A DNA stretch of 64,000 nucleotides from a virus (lineage: Duplodnaviria > Caudoviricetes): positions 96,001-160,000 of the IMG/VR virus record IMGVR_UViG_3300033067_002502; one strand, written 5' to 3'. Under the pieces are notes generated by a model. That model was not told where the DNA came from, made no database searches, and was given only the letters and a program-made list of their open reading frames with translations. A program made the translations under genes and the position numbers. This document shows, piece after piece, positions 42,601-48,601 of this stretch; the stretch's first letter is position 1, and each line of letters begins with the position of its first letter.

Positions 42601-43295
42601 TAAGGTCTCCGTCTTTGGTTGTTATAGAGGCTCCTCCTTTTGTTTCTAGTGTAGTAATTAAAGGAAAAAAGAATGATGGTTCAGTTCAGAATTCTGTTAC
42701 ATCTGCAACAAGAGCTTTTGCTGAGTTTGCGTATTTTCAAGACAGCAGCGATAGTACTAAATCTCAAATTATATGGTATGTAAATGGTCTTGAGTTCAAG
42801 AGAGGAGACTTAAATGCAACTGTTGGTGGTATTTCAAATAATGAGATTTTAGTTGGAGAGATAAAAAATAATATTCTTGGTATTTCTCTTGGAAATATTC
42901 TTGAAGTTACAATACTTCCTGCTTCTCAAAATATAATAGGTAATCCAGTTTCTAGTCCATCTATTTCTGTAGAAAACGATCCTCCTTCTGTAAGGAGTGT
43001 TACTATATCTCCGAATCCAAAAGTTTTATCATCTTCTTCTCTTCAATTATCTTATACATACGTTGATACAGAGTCTCAAAAACAAGGAGGAACTCAGAAT
43101 GATCAAAGTTCAGTAAGATGGCTTAAGTCTAGTAAAGGCTCTAGTAGTTTTATTGAAGTTCCTTCATTGCAAAATGCGAGAAATGTTTCTGCTGTGAATA
43201 CTTCATCTGGAGACAAGTGGTATGCCGAAATTATACCTTTTGATGGGATAAGTGTTGGAAATGTAGTAAAGAGTAATGTTGTTGAAATATTATAA
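33603..43295 (+). CDS. Giant (3230 aa) putative virion protein: CBM-like N-terminus, discontinuous VWA, LamG, Kelch propeller and C-terminal Ig-like repeats
   Basis: DQSGSMS MIDAS at ~34653. LamG (GAWHLNE..TFMAWVYP..WNHIAIT..FYING) at ~35160-35760. Kelch repeats (LYAIGG, IYIFGG, AYIIGG, IYVAGG) at ~39120-40110. GASPLYDAL/VNTDNEEN/ETGG at ~41010-41300. Confidence 0.75.
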   Translation: MNTAITKVSVFLRTVGNSKNTISIPKNGAAFDASNFSKLDQGNPNAIFDNSISGYYGSGYMKIEPKEGSSVYLFPSFTYPIKVEEYGKYKLFIRIKSDENSSFSFSIIINDISVSDHEVVVTDSWSWIYVDLVIPDTRDFDLTFVPKTENSYIDSFYITKEEIPVSFSYVSSYITLHERIFKIESESVGESLPTYQYKTTIEEIVDDNWYNFETTPLLGHSSIVFDSTYAIALFSSGDSEERYLIWDYGDEKNADSTSSFCGLTFNKDNNTWDLDCSKNYSIRAYSFRDSLDESACKIVVPASALEIKKIQRFDTDNLLPIFVQTKVVDEGNNINKVSLSLPDRIVSFIEDQSGSMSWNDKDGLRHTMTQRVVDRLESTYPGEVKYNLIGFGSTPIKINFYAVVESDQVNTSNAANVASSYFFDQESGYAGVRVIRKKDSYPTSPLDGEIVTEGFVERAYDEGLDEGENYFYAAYTFNSNGIFSDGRFINSFPRLKIVPYGVGGFTYRVITGSGSRRDENLIGAWHLNESYGFDAYDFSDNPISLSSSEDLIWLNSTDVPSGVSGIRFDGSSTRLSGLDSGSKLIQDKYTFMAWVYPFNFASKRTIISREDSSNNKISFNLGINSNGTLFFNMDNILTASSSGSLVENEWNHIAITVNSSDVKFYINGSIEGVGSISRLGNYSSESMNFYIGGEDSSFFGKITEVSIHNTIKSDGYISMMSIMPQSSSEKINDNGDRIIVLKYTVPDDFNYDGGQVSIVRKEEKGTAIFDYESNNLVFKGFGEKPSSEIDGEMVYNQTASVGFHSVVLPYDYIHNRTYNFRIYSKNSIGNYSLSSDSPILSIEIPSFETKATRDEVIPIPSISKIENVTIRAGNHKTYIQWSPSTDPETKQILVYWSSSGYPIINNETGVDSTALLVFSGDPSSSELVDRNLENETVNYYAIVAADRYGNMSIPVYVSEIPLDTADESGIPLLEVKQFRYEIVDENTLSLAWDAPVKFQNDIQSWFDQRVVLYAEITDEFGSPITDASNISFVANASIKSTGLAEDVFAESINREVVVPKVENCYVLSSTVISNGLIKGFFRMTTDLDILSSINSLSADIVVSYKIPDRNNPSVNVFEFTSLPVHIEMLNPFSMELVNIGDNSFNFGTIATLSGVKRKSKRRNPLSSTDPVSLQNTRGDLVKFLCKQTVPLDDQSFISSGGLLFDPDKFKEFNGCWIRRSKPFVARIVVTYRGQAIPAGNSCNAAVFEALDPQCDPDEEQPENPCSQLGSTPAAPVPFVPGFSNRRSRTVQPPSTSILFKTGLQRLEDGSTKQISYADIPLTVPRSPHAVMLFGKTSYNGYYSRKKMYIVFDNILRIETTVESPETNCIDVAEQKSIVYMIDPNSPNVDSPIKIAIPDQQIVRWNLRKGRNSKDRPFYSTDNVSSGPGVFSYTRSGSAKKVFFGPACGVTWEVYVPCPGNIIYLPEMYAIKASVVYDGLSAFEERPSILYPPNFTGIGFGSRFLMSMTQYVNVLYADGYDLARVTIYHDPNITGGIEAECFRDCATNSNRPIFVLDNGQIVDIESGSDFEILYGDDLVTNYDETLGEYVVTQANQTVGFAQVPLASTGSSTSFYLRINKFIGKPKSEPPVDNNSSPSPNPCDCIQTPPGLSNKKDLFVVNGRTTINFNGETRYLRGGGDIKTGVPPTTIDLREPLDILIVDIRREGKSVNKVLCDGHSVHEFLVEVTFKHKPVPNGTPIFLTIGGKNPEKIILLSDTIYTEKVNDSILNPTGDVRSFASFFIESINSESSFESQIQAETNYDKRGDVERSMTTCITIKYDSSQPKEEPVKSLEGEISNIYSSSLDIYDTIDNNWTTKSSMNYPRGCLTLNWTFSAYSEMLYAIGGINGKSILSYNEMYDIDADSWTSKKSMITPRFYHMSAQDGNYIYIFGGITATGSNLSITNSVERYNIETDEWELLEEMPSFGQDTYGVALGSCVVSLGKAYIIGGIRRIGQSGSIDAMNDRVLVFDFDSLSWEWSDAFVDNNLVLYERISPFAFVSFDSSSIRVLGGAVSGVLNTITGEIPLEFITDSFKLDLSNLSISLDDFVYSHLPSPRYRGSSVSIYDKHYFLGGTNSKSSVLNIFDIVSEGSPTYSYESLNRMPVAKTSFGSSSDNWKNIYVAGGLTSGRPAGFLQIKAKVNPSSIRLDGKQSSTVSIELLNDIGEHPSKTVRAIVQGILMFPGSSIDTTLTGGDQSQQQSSNSALRDALVYPVIFSSNDFNINEGLGSTIMFPRADDILKKISEIQKSLGIEDTTLSGNQDNTLKIIEGEIRNPYKIKVRITIIDDFYYGQTVVDIKDNEDVKNSTSTPTSGATGSPTSTSGNTGNPVVGVVFDGCRSINASQFIESSSNTGNQNTGRDNENNQPIDQTLKDGDNPVFDLNPPQTPQFDSPEVSYYSDIEWIPQVINYVNNGEYSDITNYIGKLRNSVPFGASPLYDALVKNASILLDESLDKYVKVIYVNTDNEENLSVYSLNTVIEDIQSIDGFGRVPVVINNFSIVFPVTLSALVSRTDTDSLDSISNETGGESQTILDEKFVDEVLNNSIGRVEGSIGWGLYECIVDLNSNSIINSISLDYELFSNTDGNWSFATSEDGFNYSEYSDNFNPNTEVEFTGVNARYLKFKIALLSGLSSSIVEEYETIPTPGSPSLTSINVKYSIPTESYIYFNPEILDYSPQQIAVSISATRPELSQIQIGATTSNSHNWIDYQSGAQPSVNRYGKIVIPIRYNQDNKDLNEPLENINGFMWRTKYGRWDSTSTVVIRDENNNIIDTSIYKTYPQEGIVVFNSNQSGPFSVSIENAGKLKIGVKIINMDSVNPLIIDGLGYMYNTNVFLPPPLSQRPPAVSELRITPSNVTVYQKIGLSYKYFDINQLEENKSESEIKWYINGVEIEYLRNLRTWNDIENTNDPVWIYSFSFTQSDIPSGTSTEQFARQRQESLLKVNDSIYVTMKASDGVLYSSLVRSPSLVVIEAPPFVSSVVIKGKKNDGSVQNSVTSATRAFAEFAYFQDSSDSTKSQIIWYVNGLEFKRGDLNATVGGISNNEILVGEIKNNILGISLGNILEVTILPASQNIIGNPVSSPSISVENDPPSVRSVTISPNPKVLSSSSLQLSYTYVDTESQKQGGTQNDQSSVRWLKSSKGSSSFIEVPSLQNARNVSAVNTSSGDKWYAEIIPFDGISVGNVVKSNVVEIL

Positions 43296-44033
43296 ATGAG
43301 TCATCCATATACTGCTATAGTTGTTTTGTCACATAATAATGTAGAAGTAACTAAAAAGTTTCTAGAACTATTGTTTAGTAGGACTAAAAATTTTTATCTT
43401 ATTATGATTGATAACGGATCTACAGATTCTACTGTAGATTATCTTGAAACTAAGTCATATATTAGTGAAGATAACCAAAATATATTATTGGTTTATAATC
43501 AGCAAAATCTTGGAGTTATTGGAGGAAGAAATCAAGGACATGCCTTGTATTCTACTTTAGAAAATATTCCTGAATATTTGTGCTTTCTTGACAATGATCA
43601 ATTTGTTAAAGAAGGGTGGCTTGATCAGCATCACGATTTTATGCAAAAAGGCAAATATGATATTGTTGGAATAGAAGCTTGGCTTATGAATTCGGCATAC
43701 AAGCCTGTTCGTATTTGTAAAAAGCCTGGTGATGCTTTTTCCTATGTTGGTTGCGGAGGTATGATGGCTAAAAAATCAGTCCTTGACAAAATTGGATTAT
43801 TTGATGAACAATTCAATCCTGCTTATTTTGAAGATCCAGATTTAAATTTTAGAGCAAAGGAAAATGGATTTAGTATTGGCTGGAATTATTCTGCAAAAAT
43901 AGATCATTTTCCTCATCAAACTTTAGGTAGAGATAAGAACAAAATGATTTATTTCTTTAAAAGTTATGAATATTTTATTAAAAAATGGCAAGGAAAAAAA
44001 ATCCTTCCTACTAGACAAAATCCGATTACATAA
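43296..44033 (+). CDS. Glycosyltransferase family 2
   Basis: IVVLSHN, IDNGSTD, FLDND (DxD), GLFDEQFNPAYFEDPDL. Confidence 0.9.
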   Translation: MSHPYTAIVVLSHNNVEVTKKFLELLFSRTKNFYLIMIDNGSTDSTVDYLETKSYISEDNQNILLVYNQQNLGVIGGRNQGHALYSTLENIPEYLCFLDNDQFVKEGWLDQHHDFMQKGKYDIVGIEAWLMNSAYKPVRICKKPGDAFSYVGCGGMMAKKSVLDKIGLFDEQFNPAYFEDPDLNFRAKENGFSIGWNYSAKIDHFPHQTLGRDKNKMIYFFKSYEYFIKKWQGKKILPTRQNPIT

Positions 44034-44035
44034 AT

Positions 44036-45151
44036 ATGAAACTTCTTATATGTACAAATTTTGCTCAACCATTTCACACTGGAGGAGCAGAAAGAGTAGT
44101 TCAGCAAATAACTGAATCAATGGTTCAAGATGAAAATTTTTCTTGTACAGTATTTTGTCAATACGGTTCATCTCCAAAGATTTTTAATGGAGTCAATGTT
44201 GTTCCTGTTGGTAATCTAAGCGAAAGTCAATTTGTAAATAAGATTATTGAAGAGAACCCAGATCATCTATTTATTTATAGTGATTGGTTTTTTATGTGGC
44301 CTGCAATTTTGAAAAATTTAGATAAATTAGCCATGAAAAAAAGTATTGGTCTTGTTGGTATGAATAGAATGAGATCTCTTATTCCTTCTAATAAGATAGT
44401 CGCAGATTTATTTATAAAAAATCACCAACATTTTAAAGTCTTAGCTCATGCAGAAAGTTATATAGACTTTATTGTTTGCAAAAAATTAGGCATTCCTGTA
44501 ACGGTTATTCATAATGCTATTAATTTGAAAGAGTTTATAAAATCTGATTTTGACTTTAAGAAGCATTATGGGATAAATTCTGAAAAAATGTTACTTTGTG
44601 TTTCTAACTTCTTTCCAGGCAAGGGTCAAGAATTTTTAGTTCCAATAATAAGTAAATTGAGAGAAAAGAACAAAGATTTTACTTTTGTTTTTATTTCTTC
44701 TACTTTGGCTTTTGAACCAGGAAATAGACTTAGAAAAACAATAAAAGATTCTTGCGAAAGAATGAATCTTCCTGTTAAATTTTTAAATGACATACCGAGA
44801 GATCACGTTGTTCAATCTTATTTTGCTTGTGATGCTTTTGTTTTTCCTTCTCAACAAGAATGCGGTCCAATAGTTGTTTTAGAGGCAATGGCTGCTAAAA
44901 AACCGTGGGTTTCTACAAATGTAGGGCATATTAAGGAATTAGAAGGAGGCCTTACTGTTGGAGATCTTCCTCCTAATGGTGAAATGTTAAAATTTAAAAA
45001 TAACGAATTTTATTCTTTTTGTTTGTACATACAAGATTTATTAGATAATAAAGAATCAAGAATTTCTCTAGGAAATATTGGTAGAGTAAAAATTGAAAAT
45101 GATTATAATTGGGAAAAAATAAAAAAACAATATAGTTTGTTTTTTAAGTAA
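44036..45151 (+). CDS. Glycosyltransferase family 4 (GT-B)
   Basis: GGAERVV, VIHNAI, KGQE, DAFVFPSQQECGPIVVLEAMA..KPWVST. Confidence 0.9.
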   Translation: MKLLICTNFAQPFHTGGAERVVQQITESMVQDENFSCTVFCQYGSSPKIFNGVNVVPVGNLSESQFVNKIIEENPDHLFIYSDWFFMWPAILKNLDKLAMKKSIGLVGMNRMRSLIPSNKIVADLFIKNHQHFKVLAHAESYIDFIVCKKLGIPVTVIHNAINLKEFIKSDFDFKKHYGINSEKMLLCVSNFFPGKGQEFLVPIISKLREKNKDFTFVFISSTLAFEPGNRLRKTIKDSCERMNLPVKFLNDIPRDHVVQSYFACDAFVFPSQQECGPIVVLEAMAAKKPWVSTNVGHIKELEGGLTVGDLPPNGEMLKFKNNEFYSFCLYIQDLLDNKESRISLGNIGRVKIENDYNWEKIKKQYSLFFK

Positions 45152-45152
45152 A

Positions 45153-45878
45153 ATGAGTAAAGTAAGCGTTATAACTTCTGTGTATAATTGTGAGTCTTTT
45201 ATTAAAGAATCTATTAATTCAATACTTAGTCAGTCTTTGGAAGATTTTGAATTTATTATAATTAATGATGGTTCGACAGATAAGACTTCTGAAATAATTT
45301 CATCATTTAAAGATAAAAGAATAATTTTTATAGATCATTGTAAGAATAAAGGAGTTATGCTTTGTTCAAGGGAAGCAATAGAATTATCTACTTCAAAATA
45401 TATTGCAATTCATGATGCAGACGACATAAGCATGCCAAATAGGTTAGAAATTCAATATAATTTTTTGGAATTAAATTCTGATATATTTTGTGTTGGAGGT
45501 AGAGCTAAGAAAATAGAAGTAAATGGTTCTTTTATTGGGAATTGGGACTTTCCTCCATTATCTCATAGGGATATCGTGACTATGTTGATTATATATTCAA
45601 AATGTCCGATTATTAATCCAACAGCCATGTATAGGCGATCTGATTATGATGAAATTGGAGGATATTCTCCTGATGGTTCTGTAAAATTTACGCACGATTT
45701 GGATTTTTGGTGCAGAGCTATTTTTTGCAACAAAAAATTTGCTAATTTAGAAGAATACCTAATAAATTATAGGATAAATCCATTAAGTATGAGTCGTAAA
45801 AATAAGTTTGCTCAGTTAGCCGATCATAATAAGATTATGATCGAATTTAAAAAAAGGATTAAAGATGTCAAATTTTGA
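45153..45878 (+). CDS. Glycosyltransferase family 2
   Basis: VSVITSVYN, SILSQS..DFEFIIINDGSTD, HDADD, RL..Q. Confidence 0.92.
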   Translation: MSKVSVITSVYNCESFIKESINSILSQSLEDFEFIIINDGSTDKTSEIISSFKDKRIIFIDHCKNKGVMLCSREAIELSTSKYIAIHDADDISMPNRLEIQYNFLELNSDIFCVGGRAKKIEVNGSFIGNWDFPPLSHRDIVTMLIIYSKCPIINPTAMYRRSDYDEIGGYSPDGSVKFTHDLDFWCRAIFCNKKFANLEEYLINYRINPLSMSRKNKFAQLADHNKIMIEFKKRIKDVKF

Positions 45879-47058
45879 TAAAAAGTGGACGGAACAAGAA
45901 TTAGAAGTCCTTTATACAGAAAGATTAAAGGGTGTTCCTTACTCTGTTATAGCTTCTACATTAGATCGAACTCCTGATTCTTTGAGAAAAAAATACAATA
46001 GATGCACTGATTGGTCTGTATATTCTTTTTACGACGAAGATGCAAAAGAGCAAAAAAAACTTGAAATAGAAGACGCTGCTATAAAAAGAACAGAAAGTAT
46101 AAATAAAAGTCTTGATAAATACAGACTTAGAGCTGATATTATTGGAGATAAATTAGAGCAAGCAGCTCGTAAACTTCCATTAGCTCCTCCTCCTTGTTAT
46201 GTTCCTTCTAATAAAGCTAATAGAACTTCTGAAGATATGGGTCTTATTTTTAGTGATTTGCATGTTGGTCATGAACATACTATGGAGGAAACAGGTAATA
46301 TTTCTGAATACAATATTGATATTTTTCATAAAAGATTAGAAAATCTTAAAAAAGCTATTACTGATATCAAAGAATTGCATTCTAAATTATACAAGATACC
46401 TAAATTGCATATTTTTGCATTAGGAGATATGGTTGAAGGAGCTAATACAGCAGGGGCATGGTCTCAGGTATGGATTGATACTCCAATATACGATCAAGTA
46501 ATGATTGGATATAGAGCTATTTCTGATTTTATCTATTATATGTTGACTTTATTTGATGAAGTTGAATTTTATGGTATTTATGGAAATCATGGAAGAATTG
46601 CCCCAAGTGGAGCCGAAAAGAAATATAACAATTTCGACTTATTTTGTTACAAATATATTGAATTGGAATTTAAAAACAATCCAAGAATAAAATTCAATAT
46701 TGAAAAAACTTGGTGGATGATGACAACTGTTCAAAATCATAATTTTTTATTATTACATGGAGATGACATTAAAGCAAAGAATCCACCTGTTACAACTTTC
46801 TTAGACTTAGAAAGAAAAATGACAGGAATGATCAAACAGATACCAAACTATACTCTTTGCGGACATTTTCACAATTGTTCTGAATATACAACACATAATG
46901 GCAGAGTTCTTATGAATGGCAGTTTTGTTGGTAGCGATGTTTATTCTATAAGCAATTATATGCCAGGCAACGTTCCTGAACAAAAAATATTTGGAATACA
47001 TCCAAAAATAGGCATTACATGGACTTATAATATAAACTTAAACCACGAAAGAGCCTAA
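45865..47058 (+). CDS. Calcineurin-like metallophosphoesterase with an N-terminal Myb-like HTH
   Basis: KWTEQELEVL..RT.DSLRKKY at the N-terminus, then all five metallophosphoesterase motifs: SDLHVG, GDMVEG, GNHGR, LHGD, GHFH. Confidence 0.85.
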   Translation: MSNFDKKWTEQELEVLYTERLKGVPYSVIASTLDRTPDSLRKKYNRCTDWSVYSFYDEDAKEQKKLEIEDAAIKRTESINKSLDKYRLRADIIGDKLEQAARKLPLAPPPCYVPSNKANRTSEDMGLIFSDLHVGHEHTMEETGNISEYNIDIFHKRLENLKKAITDIKELHSKLYKIPKLHIFALGDMVEGANTAGAWSQVWIDTPIYDQVMIGYRAISDFIYYMLTLFDEVEFYGIYGNHGRIAPSGAEKKYNNFDLFCYKYIELEFKNNPRIKFNIEKTWWMMTTVQNHNFLLLHGDDIKAKNPPVTTFLDLERKMTGMIKQIPNYTLCGHFHNCSEYTTHNGRVLMNGSFVGSDVYSISNYMPGNVPEQKIFGIHPKIGITWTYNINLNHERA

Positions 47059-47065
47059 GAGGATT

Positions 47066-47074
47066 TGTTATAAT
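47066..47074 (+). promoter_or_regulatory. Possible extended -10 promoter (TGnTATAAT)
   Basis: TGTTATAAT lies in one of the few intergenic gaps, 18 nt before the ATG at 47093. The AT-rich background lowers its significance. Confidence 0.35.
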
Positions 47075-47092
47075 TTTGCAGAATATTAGTAC

Positions 47093-48133
47093 ATGGAACA
47101 TAAAATAAGTGATTTTGCTATTGTTTATAAAGCTTTGCAGATTTTTTGCAAACAGGTTGATTGTGATTTTGTAGATCTTCCTATTATTTTTGACAAAATA
47201 GAACAACCTAACTTTAAAGACGGTTCTATTTATTTGCAAGAAGGAGGAAATCTTCTTGACACGTTATCTTCTATTTATTCTGTTTATATGAATTATTTAG
47301 GTCAAATATGTGGAAGAAATATAGATAATAATGAATGTAAAAACTCATTAATGAATTTCTTTTTATCTTTATTGAGAGATTTCAAGACAGAATATGGAGA
47401 TAAATCTTCATATGAAAAAGAAGATGTTATTTCTATGAGATTGGATCAATTTCATATTGTATGGATGTTGTTAAAAAATATCTTCTGCCCATACAAAAGC
47501 ATACGACTTAAAAACATTAAAGTTGTTGCAAAATATTCTGAAAAATTTGATGTATCTTTAGCTGTTTGCGAAGTGGAAGATCCTTATGTTTTTGTTAATC
47601 TAAGTATAGAAAAAAATTCAGTTCGTTCTGCTTTTGTTTTAGTTGAATCTTTGAGGGTCTTGTTAGATGGCGATTCTCCAGAACCTATTATTAGAGAAGT
47701 TTTTTCTAATTTCTTTTTAAGAGATAAAATACTAGATTTTTTGGGAATTGCATTTCCTGATGATAAAGAAATTTCTAATTTTTTAGCAACTCTTTCTATT
47801 CTTTGTCAATCTATAGACTTAGAAAATTTAGCATTAGATACGGTAAAGAAAAATAAAACAAAAACAGCACAAAGTAATCCTTTTGTAGGGAATTTTTGGT
47901 TTTTAGGTCTTACTGAAAAAATGATGGATTCTGTAAGAGGAGCAGACTGGTCTACTACAAAGAACATGAAAGACTTTACTAAGGATTTGTGGGATAGAGT
48001 GGAAGACGAAAGAAAAAGCAGAGGTTTGTCCGAACTTCCATTTGAGCTATTACTGAGAGTTCAAAGTGAAAATTTAGAAACACCTCCTAATCAAACAATG
48101 CAAGAGTTGTTATCAAAAACAAGAATATGGTAA
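47093..48133 (+). CDS. Hypothetical protein
   Basis: 346-aa ORF with no recognised motifs. Confidence 0.6.
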   Translation: MEHKISDFAIVYKALQIFCKQVDCDFVDLPIIFDKIEQPNFKDGSIYLQEGGNLLDTLSSIYSVYMNYLGQICGRNIDNNECKNSLMNFFLSLLRDFKTEYGDKSSYEKEDVISMRLDQFHIVWMLLKNIFCPYKSIRLKNIKVVAKYSEKFDVSLAVCEVEDPYVFVNLSIEKNSVRSAFVLVESLRVLLDGDSPEPIIREVFSNFFLRDKILDFLGIAFPDDKEISNFLATLSILCQSIDLENLALDTVKKNKTKTAQSNPFVGNFWFLGLTEKMMDSVRGADWSTTKNMKDFTKDLWDRVEDERKSRGLSELPFELLLRVQSENLETPPNQTMQELLSKTRIW

Positions 48134-48145
48134 AGGATGTAATAT

Positions 48146-48397
48146 ATGGCAGATATTGATTTAAAATCTCTAAATGATGTTGATTTTTTGAAAAAAATGA
48201 TATTTTCTTTACAGAAGCATGTCGCTAATCTTGAAAACGTTGTTAATATGATGAGAATTGGTCATTTTATTGATGCAAATGATAGAGTAAAAGGATCAAA
48301 AGAAGGTCTTACTCATATCAAAATATCTTTGGAAGAAAGAATGCATTCTAAAATGCTATTAGAGGTAAATGATAATGAAAATAATCACAACTCCTAG
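48146..48397 (+). CDS. Hypothetical small protein
   Basis: 83 aa; AAGGA upstream; fills the gap in the operon. Confidence 0.55.
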   Translation: MADIDLKSLNDVDFLKKMIFSLQKHVANLENVVNMMRIGHFIDANDRVKGSKEGLTHIKISLEERMHSKMLLEVNDNENNHNS

Positions 48398-48593
48398 CTT
48401 TGAAAAAATATCTGCATGGGACTTTAATAGAAAGCCAACTTTTTTACCAGAAGAAGAAAACGTTACTCAAGATTCTTTGTTCAATCAAGAAAAAAAAGAT
48501 AAAGATTCCATAATTAATAAATGGAAAAAGAACAAAAGTGTTCCTACTAAGAAGATATATCAATTTGGTTTAGATGTTCCATCTGTAAAATAA
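48375..48593 (+). CDS. Hypothetical small protein
   Basis: GAGGT lies 8 nt upstream of the ATG at 48375, so this start is preferred to 48369. Confidence 0.5.
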   Translation: MKIITTPSFEKISAWDFNRKPTFLPEEENVTQDSLFNQEKKDKDSIINKWKKNKSVPTKKIYQFGLDVPSVK

Positions 48594-48601
48594 GAAATAA
48601 T

